From NCBI RefSeq assembly GCF_009914755.1, contig NC_060947.1: a stretch of 64,000 nucleotides of DNA. The stretch is one strand, 5' to 3'. The notes beneath the pieces were generated by a model, which searched no databases, was not told the DNA's origin, and was given only the letters and a program-made list of their open reading frames with translations. The position numbers were made by a program, and so were the translations under genes. Shown piece after piece: positions 37,591 to 58,179 of the stretch. This DNA comes from the human T2T-CHM13v2.0 reference genome, Homo sapiens. Each line of letters opens with the position of its first letter. Within the stretch, counting starts at the first letter, position 1.

Positions 37591-38746
37591 TACCTGAGAC
37601 TGGGTAATTTAGAAAAACAATAGATTTCTTTATCTTGTGGTTCTATAGGCTGAGAAGTTCAAGGGCATGGCCCTGGTTTCTGGCAAGGGCTTTTGTGCTG
37701 TGTCACAACATAGTGGAGAAGGTCAAAGAGAAAGTGGACACATGCAAAGAGGGGAAAACCTGAGTGGCATCCCGGCTTTATAACAACCCACTGTCACAGG
37801 AACTAATCCATTCCTGAGAGAACTAATCCAGTCTTGTGAGACTGAGAATTCACTCACTCCTGCAAGACTGCCACCAAGCCATTCATGAAGGATCCATCCC
37901 CATGACCCAGACACCTCCCACTAGGACCCACCTTCCAACATTTGGGGATCAAATTTCAACATGAGTTTTGATGGAGACAAATAAACCACATCCAAACCAT
38001 AGCACAGGGACTGCTAAATACCCCAACAACAGAAATAGAAAGCTCCCCTAAACACCTTCTTTAACTGAGACCTGGCTGTCTCCTGAGAACCCCACTTCGC
38101 CTGTAGGCCTCTCCTCAGAGATTCTTTCCCTCCCCCAAATACTTCTGCATCTGGAGGTGGAGTGGGCCCCTTCTTTGCTCCCCACTGCACCTTCCAGACC
38201 ATGACCGCTGTACCTCTCAGGCACTTCCCTCCATTCTATCCTTTTGCCCACCCCCTAGTCTTGCCCAAATCCAAATCACTTCAACATTCATGTGAAAGAT
38301 CTATCCCACTTCCCACACTTCTTGTTTCTTCGGCCTACTCACCTCTGTTGCCCTCCCTTTCTGCTCCAGTCACCCACTCTCAGGGCCCCAAGTGGATCTT
38401 GCGATGGCCCAGAACTGCTGCACCACTGAAATCTTAACTTCAATCCCCACAACCTCACATCTTTCTAACTTTCCCATCTGATTACTTCATTACACTGTTC
38501 AGCTTTGTTGAGACTTGTATGAGCTCATCACAAAAGAAGAAATCCCAATGTCCAATAAACATGGAAAGGTGCTTAACCTCATCTACTGTCAGGGAAACGA
38601 AGAATGAGGGAGAATGGGGCATGAGGAAGGAGCATGAGAAAACTTTTTGAGGTAATAGATATGTGCATTATCTTGATTGTGGCTCTGGTTTCAAGGATGT
38701 TTACTAATCAAATTGTCACTTAAAACGTGCAGTTTGTTGTACATCA

Positions 38747-39066
<320 letters not shown>

Positions 39067-39086
39067 TCAAAAAAGAAAAAAAAAGT

Positions 39087-39126
<40 letters not shown>

Positions 39127-39319
39127 AACAACATACCATTTCACATATGCCAGACAGGCAAATTTTTTAAAGTCTGATGATAATTAGTGTTGAGGAGCAG
39201 AGACCCTCATACACTGCTGATGGGGCTACTGATTGGTTCAACAACTTGGGAAAACAATTTGTCATTATCTATTAAAATTGAAGATACACATCTCCAAGAA
39301 CCCAGCAATTCCATTCCTA

Positions 39320-39736
<417 letters not shown>

Positions 39737-39944
39737 TCAAAGCATCATTATACATAACAGCCCTAATTGGAAACAATCCAAAAGTCCATCAAGAGCAGAA
39801 TGAATAAATTGTGGAATGCTATACAGAAACGACAATTAAACTACAGCCACGGCCAGGCTCCGTGGCTCACGCCTGTATTCCCAGCACTTTGGGAGGCTGA
39901 GGCGGGCGGATCACCAGGTCAAGAGTTAGAGACCAGCCTGGTCA

Positions 39945-40169
<225 letters not shown>

Positions 40170-40542
40170 TCATGCAAATATGAAGTTGAGTGAAAGAAGA
40201 CACAAAGGAATACATACAGTGTGATTCCATTTATATAAAGTTCAAAAACAAGCAAAACTAAATTATTGTTTAGGAATGCACATATAGCTAGGTGCATGGC
40301 TCTGCCAGTAATCCCAGCACTTTGGGAGGCCGAGGCAGGTGGATCACTTGAGCCCAGGAGTTCAAGACCAACCCAGGCAATGTGGCAAGACCTCCATCTC
40401 TACCAAGAAAAATACATTATTTAATATATTTTAAAAAGTGAATGCACATGTAGATGATAAAACTAAAGAAAAGCAAGGCTGGGCACTGTGGCTCACACTT
40501 GTAATCCCAGCACTTTGGGAGGCCAAAGCAGGAGGATCACTT

Positions 40543-41137
40543 TGAGGCAGAATAGGGTCTGGAGGCAGGAAACCTAGGGGCATTTCATGCTGACTTCCTA
40601 GAACTAAATTGAAAGGAAAACCCTAACTTTCCACGCCTAACTAACAAAAGTACCAGAGGCTATACCCTTTGCAAACCTCCACCTTTTCTGCAGACGGAAA
40701 ATTGAAAGTACCTCTGATTAGCTGCTTTTTGCAACCAATCATATGTTTGCATAGGAGTATAACTTTGTGACTTTACTTCAGCCTCTGATTGTTTGCTGTC
40801 CACAACCAATCAGACTGATTGTGGGCCAAGTCTTCATTTGCATAGACATGCAACTTTGTAACTTCACATCAGTCTCTGATTGCAGGCCACCACTTCATTT
40901 ACATGGGGTAAACAACAAGTGACCAATGGGAAACCTCTAGGGGATATTTGGACCCCAGAAGATTCTGTATCCAGGGCCCTTGAGCAGCTGCTCAGGCCCA
41001 CTGCCACCCTGTGGAGTGTACTTTTGTTTCCAATAAATCTCTTGTTTTTGTTGCTTCGTTCTTTCCTTGCTTTGTTTGTGTTTTGTCCAATTCTTTGTTC
41101 AAAACGCCGAGAACCTGGACACCCTCCACAGGTAAGA
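40543..41137 (+). mobile_element. MER51-like ERV1 solo LTR inserted in an Alu
   Basis: Begins TGAGGCAGAATAGGGTCTGGAGGCAGG, has repeated CCAAT boxes and AATAAA, ends GGTAAGA; 4-bp TSD ACTT at 40539-40542 and 41138-41141. Confidence 0.8.
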
Positions 41138-41390
41138 ACTTGAGCCCAGGAGTTTGAGACCAGCCCAGGCAACATGGTGAGACCCTGTCTCAGTAAAAAG
41201 TAAAAAAAAAAAAAGGCCGGGCACGGTGGCTCACACCTGTAATCCCAACACTTTGGGAGGCCGAGGCGGGTGGATCACGAGGTCAGGAGTTCAGGAACAG
41301 CCTGGCCAACATGGTGAAACCCCGCCCCTACTAAAAATATTTTTAAAATTAGCTGGGTGTGGTGGCACATGCCTGTACCCCAGCTACTCA

Positions 41391-41845
<455 letters not shown>

Positions 41846-41905
41846 TCACACTGGTGTTCACTTGTAACTAATTTTGCAAGTGTACAAACTATACATTTGT
41901 TTTAA

Positions 41906-42314
<409 letters not shown>

Positions 42315-43417
42315 TAACACCACATATCAGAGAAGGCTGCAGAAGACATCTCCTTAGGAAACAGACAGGGAAGGGGCAGCCAGAGGCGGACGGCAAACCA
42401 GTAGAGCAGAGTGTTAAGGAAGCTCAAAACAGAAGCTTCCAAATTCTCAAAAAGAGAGTGGACAACCGTGTCAACCCTTATGCACCCCTGCTCTGTGGGA
42501 CACATTAGAGCACAGCCAACAGTCACCAGCCTGTGTCCTTGCAGCTATGACAGGAACACTCTTGCACCATAGAAAAATGAGCAAAGGCACAAACAGAGAA
42601 GAAGAAATACTATTAAGAGGCAAACATATGGGAAAATGTCTACACTTCCTAATGAGCAAAGACACACTAAATTGTAAAAACTGAATGGCCAATTATAGTA
42701 GCAAAAATTAAGGGGAGGCAGAAGAAATTGCAATATGTCAGGCTGGAAAGAATACCAAATTGATGCACGGTTACTGGCTGCTAACACTATGAATAAATAC
42801 CATCCCTTTAAAATAAAATCTGGCAATATGCAATAGGAAATTTTAAATGCTCATGCCGTTTTACTCAGTAATCCTACTTCTGGGCCTCTATACTAGGAAA
42901 ATTACGCAAAGGAAAGAAAAAGTCGGTGTGAATGAGTTTAGAAGTGACTCCCAAATCTCTTTCTCCAGCCCCAACCACTGTCCTGAGCCCAATCTGTGTA
43001 TCCAGAGGTCCACCTGGCATTGCCACTCGCATGGCTAGTCTGCAACTCAGAGTAAATATATATAAAGTGTAAAATGAACTCCTTTGTCCCTCTCAAACCT
43101 GCTCTTTCTCAAATCTTTACCTCCCTAATAAATGGCACCACCATCCATGCAACTGCTGAAGCCCAAAACCGAAGAGTCATTCTTGATTCTTCCTTTTGCT
43201 CACCACCCACTTCCAATTTGCCACCAATCTTGTTGGCTCAATGATTAAAATAAAAAACTGTGATAACACAAACTGCTGGCAAGTAGGTGGAGAAACTGGA
43301 TCACTCATACATTACTTGTGGGGATGTGAATTAGTACAGCAACTCTGAAAAAAGTATGGCAGTTTGTTTCAAAACTAAACATGCAATTACCATACAACCC
43401 AGCAATTACACGCTTAG

Positions 43418-43606
<189 letters not shown>

Positions 43607-43609
43607 TAG

Positions 43610-43810
<201 letters not shown>

Positions 43811-44321
43811 TGAATGATTAAACAAACTGTGGCACATCTATAGCATGGAATACTAACTAGTCAGTAATAAAAAGGGATGAACTGCTGATATACATAACTG
43901 GAATGAACCTCCAGAGAATTATGCTGAGTGAAAAGGTCAATCTCAAAATATTACATATTGTATGATTCCATAACATTATTGGAATAACAAATTTACAAGG
44001 ATGGAAAACATATTAGTGGTTGTTAAAAACTAGGGAACGAGGGAGGGAGGGAGGTGCTGTGGCTATAAAAGAATATCATGAGGGATTCTTGTAATGAGAT
44101 TATTCTGTATCTTGATTGTGACGGAGGTTACACAAATCTACAACATGGTAAAATTACATCGAGTTAATACACAAATATACATTTGAGTGCATGTAAAACT
44201 GGTGAAATCTGAATAAGATAGACGGATTGTATCAATGTTAATTTCTTGTTTGTGATACTGTACTATTGTTTTGCAAGTTTCATTGAGTGAAACTAGACAA
44301 GGGGTACACATGGACTCATAA

Positions 44322-44516
<195 letters not shown>

Positions 44517-44781
44517 TGATTATTAAAATGCAATTTGAAAATGGGCAAAGAACATGAAGGGACTGTTCACCAAAGTTATCTACAGATGGAAAATAAACAC
44601 ATGAAAATATGTTCAACATCACTAGCCATTAGAAAATGCAAATTAAGAACGCAATGAGATACTACTACACACCTATTAGAACAACAAAAATTAAAAATAG
44701 TGGCAATACCAGTTGGGTGTGGTGGCTCATGCCTGTAATCCCAGCACTTTGGGAGGCCGAGGGGGGCAGATCATGAGGTTA

Positions 44782-45122
<341 letters not shown>

Positions 45123-45253
45123 TTAGCATTTTCTTTAAAAACCAAACATATACTTACCGATTGACCCAGCAATTGCGCTCTTGGTTAATTAGTCCAGTAA
45201 AAAAAGTTTATGGGCTGGGTGCGGTGGCTCATGCCTGTAAGCCCAGCCCTTTA

Positions 45254-45608
<355 letters not shown>

Positions 45609-45855
45609 TTAATAGGTGAGTGGCTAAACAAAGCGTGGTACATCCAAACCACGGAATACTACAGAATGAAATATTAATATGTGAAACAATTTGGACAGAT
45701 CTCAAAGGAACCATGGTGAGTGAAAAAGGGCAATCTCAAAAGGTAACATACTGCATAATTCCATTTATGTAACATTCTTAAAGTGACAAAATTATAAAGA
45801 TGGAGAACAGATTAGTTATTTCTAGGGTTTAGAGATGAAGATGATGGGATAGTTG

Positions 45856-46453
45856 TGTTACTGGTGGAGGGTGTCCAGGTTCTTGGCATTTTGAACAAAG
45901 AATTGGACAAAACACACAAAGCAAGAAAAGAATAAAGCAACAAAAGCAGAAATTTATTGAAAATGAAAGTACACTCCACAGTGTGGGAGCAGGCCCCGAG
46001 CACAGGGGCTCAAGAGCCCAGTTACAGAATCTTCTGGGGTCCAAGTACCCCCTAGAGGTTTCCCATTGGCCACTTGGTGTTCACTCCATGCAAATGAAGT
46101 AAGTACGCAATCAGAGGCTAAAGTGAAATTACAAAGTTGCACTCCTATACAAAAGAAGACTTGGCCCACAATCAGTCTGATTGGTTGCAGAAAGCAACAA
46201 TCAGAGGCTGAAGTGAAGTTACAAAGTCACACTCCTATGCAAACATCTGATTGGTTGCAGAAAGCAACCAATTAGAGATACTTTCAATTTTCCATCTGCC
46301 GCGCAGAAAAGGGGCACGTTGCAAAGGAAGTAGCTTCTGGTCCTTTTGTTACTTAGGTGTAGAAAGTTGGGGTTTTCCTTTTGATTTAGTTCTAGGAAGT
46401 CAGCGTGAATTGGTCTTAGATTCCCTGCCTCCAGACCCTTTTCTCCTGCCTCA
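45856..46453 (-). mobile_element. Second MER51-like ERV1 solo LTR, opposite orientation
   Basis: Reverse-complement homolog of 40543-41137 (tgttactggtggagggtgtccagg ... ctcctgcctca); near-TSD gttg/gttt. Confidence 0.8.
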
Positions 46454-46896
46454 GTTTTGTATCTTGATGGTAGTTCCATGGACCTACACGGGGCATCAAA
46501 TGACATAAAACCATACACACATATTATGTCAGTGCCAATTTCCTGGTTTTGATATTGTACTATAGTTACGTGAAATGTAACCATTTGGGGGAACTGGGTG
46601 AAAGATACCCAGAACCTCTCTGTAGTATTTTATAACTTCCTGTTAATCTATAATTCTTTTAAAATAAGAATGTTTAAAATGAAAAAGATAATTGACTATT
46701 TAAAGCAAAAATAATTACAATATATTGTGAGGTTTATGACGTAGATAAGTAAAATATATAACAACAATAACACAAAGGTCAGAGGAGGGAAATGGAAGTA
46801 TACCTTTGTAAGGTTCCTATGCTGTAGGTGAAGTGGTATATCATTTGAATGTATAATATGAAAAGTTAAACATTAATTAATTAATTAATTGATTGA

Positions 46897-47067
<171 letters not shown>

Positions 47068-47472
47068 TAGTAGAGACAGGGTTTCACCATGTTGGCCAGG
47101 CTGGTCTTGAACTCCTGACCTCAAGTGATCTGCCTGCCTCAGCCTCCAAAAGGGCTGAGATTACAGGCATGAGCCACTGCGCCTGGCCAAGTTAAAGATT
47201 TATAATATAAACCCTAAAGCAACCTCTAAAATAATAGAACAAAAAGTTATAGATAATAGCCAACAATGGAGATAAAAATGAGTCATAAAAATACTTGGCC
47301 AGGCATGGTGGCTTACACTTGTAATCCCAGCACTTAGGGAGGCCAAGTCGTGATGATTGCTTGAGGCCAGGAGTTTGAGACCAGCCTGGGCAACATAGAA
47401 AGACCTCATCTCTACAAAACATTTAAAAATTAGCAGGGGGTGGTGGTATGTGCCTGTAGTCCCAGCTACTCA

Positions 47473-47916
<444 letters not shown>

Positions 47917-48399
47917 TTAAAAAATTAGCCAGGTGTAGTGGCGCATGCCTGTAGTCCTAGATACTTGAGACGCTGAGGCCAGAGGATCACCTGATCCCAG
48001 GAGTTCAAGGCTGTAGTGAGCTGTGATCACACCACTGCATCCAGCCTGGGTGACAGAGTGAGACTCTGTTTCTTAAAAAAAAAAAAGTTAAAAAATAAAA
48101 AATAAAAAAAAATTTTTTTTAAAAGGAAAAGCACAGGACTCAACTATATGCTCCCTGAAAAAAAAAGCCCTCACTTTGGTATAATGACACAAACAGGTTA
48201 AAAGTAAAAAGATAGAAAAATATTTACCATGCTAACATGAATCAAAAGAAAGCTGGGGCTGGGTGGCAGTGGCTCATGCCTGTAATTTCAGCACTTTGGG
48301 AAGCCAAGGCAGGTGGATCACTTGAGCTCAAGAGTTTGAAACCAGCCTAGGCAACGTGGTGAAATACCATCTCTACCAAAAATGCAAAAAAAAAAAAAA

Positions 48400-48489
48400 T
48401 ATATATATATATATATCCTGGCGTATATATATATATATATCCTGGCATATATATATATATATCCTGGCATATACATACATATATATCCT

Positions 48490-48568
<79 letters not shown>

Positions 48569-48664
48569 CCTGGCATATATACATATATCCTGGCATATAT
48601 ATATATATATATATATCCTGGCATATATACATATATCCTGGCATATATATATATATATATCCTG

Positions 48665-48704
<40 letters not shown>

Positions 48705-48705
48705 T

Positions 48706-48754
<49 letters not shown>

Positions 48755-48760
48755 TGGCAT
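48400..48760. repeat. (TA)n-CCTGGC compound minisatellite within an Alu linker
   Basis: 11 CCTGGC cores separated by variable (TA)n runs. Confidence 0.95.
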
Positions 48761-49539
48761 AGTGGCATGCACCTGTAGCCCCAGTTACTCAGGAGGCTGA
48801 GGTGGGAGGATAGCTTGAGCCCAGGAGACAGAGGTTGCAATAAGCTGTGATTCTGTCACTGCACTACAGCCTGGGCAACAGAGCCAGACTGTCTCAAAAA
48901 AAAGAAAAAATCTGGAATGCCTAGGTTAGTATCAAAGTAGATTTCAGAGCAAATATCACCAGGGATCAAGAAAGTGATTTCAAAATGATCAAATGGCCAG
49001 TTCATCAAGAGAACATAGCAATCCTAAACATTTGTGTGCTTAATAATACAGCTTCCAATTATCTAAAGTATCTAAAGTAAAAACTGATAGCGCTGAAAGG
49101 AGAAATAGGCAAATCTACAATTACATTTCGGGATTTTAATACCCCTCTGTTACCAAATGATGAAATAAATAGACAGAAATTTAGCAAGGCAGAGTTTGGT
49201 TAACAGACACTGAAGTACAGCTAGATAGGAAGAATAAGTTCTAGTGTTCTATAGCATTATAGAGTGACTACAATAAACAACAATTTATTGCATATTCTCA
49301 AATAGCTACAAGAGCAGATTTTGAATATTCTCAACACAAAGAAATGATAAATGTTTGAGGGAACAGATATGCGAATTACCTGATTTGATCATTATACATA
49401 GTATGCAGGTATAGAAATTTCACACTGTACCCCATAATATGTGGAATTATTATGTGTCAATTAAAAATAATTTTTTAGGCCGGGGGCAGTGGCTTACACC
49501 TGTAATCCCAGCATTTGGGAGGCTGAGGCGGGCGGATCA

Positions 49540-49804
<265 letters not shown>

Positions 49805-49919
49805 TTAATAATAATAATAATAATAATTTTTTAGGCCAGGCTCATTGGCTCATACCTGTAATCCTAGCACTTTGAGAGGCCAGTCGGGCGGATTGTCTGA
49901 GCTCAGGAGTTCGAGATTA

Positions 49920-50358
<439 letters not shown>

Positions 50359-51466
50359 TTACAAATTTAAAATAATAGAAATTATACATCGTTGGGGATA
50401 AGCATAGGGTACTTCGGGAGCACAGAGGAGTGTCTAGCCCAGCCTGGGAAAAAGAAGAGAGTCAGGGAAGGCTTCCAGGAAGGAGGTATCATCTGAGCTC
50501 AGTCTTGAAAGGTAAATAAGAATTAGCCAGATCAAAAATAAGGGAAAGCATTCCAGGGAGAGAGATCAGCATGGAGTCTTAAGATAGGGCCTGTAAATAG
50601 TAACTTTATATGGTTGCGCCCAGTGGAGACTAGCAAGAAATGAGGCTGCAGATGTCAGTATAATGGGCCCTGGGCCTCCAGGTTACAAAGTGAGATAGTG
50701 TCCTATCAGACAATGGGGAGTCACTGAAGGGTCTTAACTGGGAGAGTCACAGTATCAGTTCTGTGTTTCTAAGAGCTCCCTCTGAGATGCCGCAGAAGGT
50801 AGTTTGAAGAGAAGGTGAAACTGGCAGCAGAGGGATCAATGTTCCGATGGTCTAGAGAATATGCAGAAGGCTATGGCAGTGGCGGGGAGGGCAGGGGACA
50901 AGCCAGAGGTAATTAGTGACTCCTAGTTAACATTATGACAACTGAAGTGTTTAGGGATGGAGTGTGCTGATGTCTGTAACTTGCTTTGAAATGCAACAAA
51001 AATAAGAAAAATTGATGGGTGAATATGTGATAAAGCAAATCTAGCAAAATGTTCACTGTTCACCATAAAATTATGGGGGGCAGGGAGAAGTGTTGTTTAG
51101 GAGGCAGAATCCACTGAACATGGAGACCAGTGCCCAAGGCTGAGGATGCAGAAGACCTCTTCCCCAGCAGCTCCCCTCTTCCTTGTCTACAGTACCCTGC
51201 CCACTGTCCCCCACCCATACTATGTTCCTTCTCCTTGCCTCTGTGCTTCTGCAGCCTGGAAGGTCCAGCACCGCAGGCAGAGGAGAGCACATTCCAGGTT
51301 ACTCATAATAACATACTGATGCATAAACCAAAGCTTATTTATGTCCCATGTTGGGGGTATAACTTGACCCTGGGGCCTCTTGCACAGTGTCCCTAAATGC
51401 CTCAAGGTCCCTGGAGGGCTGATTTGGTGAACATGCTCTCAGAAAAAAGAGAACTGGATGTTCTTA

Positions 51467-52024
<558 letters not shown>

Positions 52025-52269
52025 TCATAGTACGTGTGCAATTTGTGTTGGTTGTTTTCCACTGTCTTAAGTGAACACTGCCTCTAAAAAACAAAATCTA
52101 CCTCATGAGATACTGGTATAGTAAGGTCTTCCAGAAACTGTAGTTCTTTTGCTTAGATAATGCTGGACAAACACAGATGGAGCCTTCTTCTCTGAAGTCC
52201 TTTTTGAAAAACCAGTCACTTAAAGCTTCATTACCTAGTATGAAGTGGGTTAGAAAATTCTTTGGCCAC

Positions 52270-53706
<1,437 letters not shown>

Positions 53707-54885
53707 AGAAAATTATTTGGCCACGGACTGGACTCACGGAGACACATCAGTCATATCAGCAATATATTTAATATTAATACCTATGTCCATTTGCCACGAA
53801 GAGTAGTTATTTTTATAGGTGGCTGATTTCATCCACTATGTACTGATTTTTTTCCTGTCTTCATTTTCCAAACATGACCTTTTCCTGTCCTTGTTCCCAG
53901 AGTCTGGGGCCTAGAGCTGCCTATGCAATGACCATCTATGAATGGGATCAACTAGATCTCTGTGTTTTGTTGCTTCAAGCTTTCCCCTGCAGAATAAGCT
54001 CTGCTGGGATCCCAAATAGGAAAGAAACTGTGGTTCTTTGGCTGTGGAGCAGGTCAGGTGGGGCAGTGTGTGAGTCTGGGCCAAGGTCTGTGAACCTCTG
54101 TCCTGGGAAGAGGGCTGCCAGCTTCTCTTCCTGATTTTCCTCAAGTAACGCATAAAAGAATGAACCTGATGAGGTAATTAGTAGAAAATACAACTGGCAG
54201 CCATTGCTGGCTGAGTCGCAGTGCACACTCCAGCAGATGTTACCATAGTTTCAAGGCTGAATTTTTCTCCTCTTTTCTCCCCCTGACCTCTCTCTTCAGT
54301 TAATTTGTCACTCTGCTCCACAGACCCCTCCACAGTCTGCCTCCATAGACTGGTGCAGACTTAACCCTGAATAGAAGCTGGCTTTTCTATGATTTGCTTT
54401 TCAAATTACGTTTATTGTCTTTTTCTCTTGAATAAAAAATAAGTGTCAAGTGATAGAATATAATATAAACTGAAGAAAATGAAAGTTAAACTCACATTTC
54501 AGAATACTTAAAATTGTATCCTAATACCTGCCCCATCTTTTTGTAATCATACTGCATAGTTGAGATCTGTCTTAAAGTGCTCCTGACCTTGAAACCTCCA
54601 GCAGGCCTATGCCCATTCTTTTCCCCTTGGAGCTGTTGGCCTTCAGTCTTGCTTGAAAAATGCAGCCATGGACACAGGCTTATTATCATTGTTGCTGTTA
54701 TTATCTGCTGGAATGCACAGAGCTCTCACAGTGTTCCAGGCACTAAGCATTTGCTAGGCACATCAGCCATTGACAGACATTGGCTGTTCATTGGGATCGG
54801 AACTCTAGTTTGCTTCATTCCTACTTCACAACTGCCATAGCCAGTGGTCACAGGAAAGGCTCTTCCCAACGAAAAATCAAAAGTA

Positions 54886-56923
54886 GGGTCTCCCTCTGAT
54901 GCCGAGCCAAGGCTGGACGGTGCTGCTGCCATCTCGGCTCACTGCAGCCTCCCTGCCTGATTCTCCTGCCTCAGCCTGCTGAGTGCCTGCGATTGCAGGT
55001 GCACGCCGCCACGCCTGACTGGTTTTCGTTTTTTTTTTGGTGGAGACGGGGTTTTGCTGTGTTGGCCGGGCTGGTCTCCAGCTCCTAGCCGCGAGTGATC
55101 CGCCAGCCTCGGCCTCCCGGGGTGCCGGGATTGCGGACGGAGTCTCGTTCACTCAGTGCTCAGTGGTGCCCAGGCTGGAGTGCAGTGGCGTGATCTCGGC
55201 TCGCTACAGCCTCCACCTCCCAGCCGCCTGCCTTGGCCCCCCAAAGTGCCGAGATTGCAGCCTCTGCCCAGCCGCCACCCCGTCTGGGAAGTGAGGAGCG
55301 TCTCTGCTTGGCCACCCATCGTCTGGGATATGAGGAGCCTCTCTGCCTGGCTGCCCAGTCTGGAAAGTGAGGAGCGTCTCTGCCCGGCCGCCATCCCATC
55401 TAGGAAGCGAGGAGCGCCTCTTCCCCGCCGCCATCCCATCTAGGAAGTGAGGAGCGTCTCTGCCCGGCCGCCCATCGTCTGAGATGTGGGGAGCACCTCT
55501 GCCCCGCCGCCCTGTCTGGGATGTGAGGAGCGCCTCTGCTGGCCGCAACCCTGTCTGGGAGGTGAGGAGCGTCTCTGCCCGGCCGCCCCGTCTGAGAAGT
55601 GAGGAAACCCTCTGCCTGGCAACCGCCCCGTCTGAGAAGTGAGGAGCCCCTCCGTCTGGCAGCCACCCCGTCTGGGAAGTGAGGAGCGTCTCCGCCCGGC
55701 AGCCACCCCGTCCGGGAGGGAGGTGGGGGGGGTCAGCCCCCCGCCCGGCCAGCCGCCCAGTCCGGGAGGGAGGTGGGGGGATCAGCCCCCCGCCCGGCCA
55801 GCCGCCCCGTCCGGGAGGGAGGTGGGGGGGTCAGCCCCCCGCCTGGCCAGCCACCCCATCCGGGAGGGAGGTGGGGGGTCAGCCCCCCACCTGGCCAGCC
55901 GCCCCGTCCGGGAGGGAGGTGGGGGGGGGTCAGCCCCCCGCCCGGCCAGCCGCCCCGTCCGGGAGGGAGGTGGGGGGATCAGCCCCCCGCCTGGCCATCC
56001 GCCCCGTCCGGGAGGTGAGGGGCGCCTCTGCCCGGCCGCCCCTACTGGGAAGTGAGGAGCCCCTCTGCCCGGCCAGCCGCCCCGTCCGGGAGGGAGGCCG
56101 GGGGGGGGGTCGGCCAGCCGCCCTGTCCGGGAGGGAGGTGGGGGGGTCAGCCCCCCGCCCGGCCGGCCGCCCCGTCCGGGAGATGAGGGGCGCCTCTGCC
56201 CGGCCGCCCCTACTGGGAAGTGAGGAGCCCCTCTGCCTGGCCAGCTGCCCCGTCCGGGAGGATGGTGGGGGGGTCAGCCCCCCGCCCGGCCAGCCGCCCC
56301 ATCCGGGAGGTGAGGGGCGCTTCTGCCCGGCCGCCCCTACTGGGAAGTGAGGAGCCCCTCTGCCCGGCCACGACCCCGTATGGGAGATGTGCCCAGCGGC
56401 TCATTGGGGATGGGCCATGATGACAATGGCAGTTTTGTGGAATAGAAAGGCGGGAAGGGTGGGGAAAAAATTGAGAAATCAGATGGTTGCCGGGTCTGTG
56501 TGGATAGAAGTAGACATGGGAGACTTTTCATTTTGTTCTGTACTAAGAAAAATTCTTCTGCCTTGGGATCCTGTTGATCTGTGACCTTATCCCCAACCCT
56601 GTGCTCTCTGAAACATGTGCTGTGTCCACTCAGGGTTAAATGGATTAAGGGCGGTGCAAGATGTGCTTTGTTAAACAGATGCTTGAAGGCAGCATGCTCG
56701 TTAAGAGTCATCACCACTCCCTAATCTTAAGTACCCAGGGACACAAACACTGCGGAAGGCCGCAGGGTCCTCTGCCTAGGAAAACCAGAGACCTTTGTTC
56801 ACTTGTTTATCTGCTGACCTTCCCTCCACTATTGTCCTATGACCCTGCCAAATCCCCCTCTGCGAGAAACACCCAAGAATGATCAATAAAAAAAAAAAAT
56901 AAAAAATAAAAAATAAAAAGAAA
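54886..56923 (+). mobile_element. SVA retrotransposon, 5'-truncated (no CCCTCT hexamer array); tentatively SVA_E-like
   Basis: Antisense Alu-like region, GC-rich VNTR (~55260-56390), SINE-R, AATAAA + A-tail; perfect 15-bp TSD GAAAAATCAAAAGTA at 54871-54885 and 56924-56938. Confidence 0.96.
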
Positions 56924-58179
56924 GAAAAATCAAAAGTAAATGTTCCTCTTGGGCCTCTTGGCCATAGATAACCTGATGAACACAAGGCTACACTGTCATC
57001 GTCAACACCCAATCCCAACTCCCCCGCCCCTCCATCTCGCAGCCGAACTTGGAGAATTAGTACAGGTGCGGGATCCACTTCAGAAGTGGCAGAGCAATGA
57101 TCCCCTCACCACTAGATGTGTCCTCTGCAGTTGATCACTCCCAATCCGAAAACAAGGAGTGCCCAAAATGTGTCCAGAATTTAAAGCAGCCAAACATAAG
57201 AGGGCTCCATGTTATGTCTTGAGTAGGGAATGAGCACAGTCTCAGAAACACCTGATTCCCTGGTATGAGCATGAAGCATCTCCAGGTCCAGCAAGGCTGC
57301 ATCCAAAAACTAAACTCTGAGCTGGAAGACCTCTATATTCTGGCTGGTAGTGGCAAGCTAGGACAGCTCTCTCATGGACTGGAGGAAACGCCCTGACATA
57401 TCATATACAAATTATTGATGGTGGGAGGGATTGTAAGGGGAGAAAAAGTGTGTGGGCACAAATTCAAAAATCATTTATCTTAGGCAAACATTATTAATAT
57501 GAGCAAGCCATCATTTTATGTGCTTTACAGATATGAACTTGTTTAATTCTCTTAACACCTGATAGGATAATAGTAGGTACTATTATCATCAACTCCATTT
57601 CACAGATGATGAAACTGAGCCAAAGAGAGGTGAAGTAACTTCCTCAAGGTCATGGAGCTAGTAGACAGATGTGGAGCAGGGATTTGAAACTGGGCAATCT
57701 GGCTCCAGAATCCATGCTTTTACTACACTATGCTGCACCATTATGGAAATTTTGGAAAATACACAGAAACAAACACGATGACCTGTATGCACTAGCACCA
57801 CTGGCCACATCTTGCTCTATAGCTTTCCTCTCCTTTATATTCATATAACATACAATACATTACATATACTTCTTTTACAAGGAATCATATTCTTTATCTT
57901 GGTCTTAAAAACATTTCCCCTATCTGTACACACAGCCTTACAATCGTTATTTTGAATGTTGTATAATATCTTCTTGTGTGGCTAAAACATTATTTAAGCA
58001 GTACCCGACTGAGGAGCACTCAGACTGCTTCCAATGTTTCTCCATGACTGAGCTCTGCAAGACGCAAAAAGGTGACAGGCTTTTTTAAAAACTACCTTTT
58101 GAACCTAATTAGCTACAACTGCAGAATAAAATTAACAAACGAAAAACTGCCAGGGAGGGCAGCCCTGTGTGTAGGAGGA

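Noticed and set aside
48318-48840. YI-repeat ORFs and CRISPR-like repeat/spacer look
   Set aside because: Translation of (TA)n. The spacers are simple repeats inside an Alu, with no cas genes, in human DNA.
55037-56717. Multiple Pro/Gly/Arg-rich ORFs up to 223 aa
   Set aside because: Translations of the SVA VNTR and Alu-like region.
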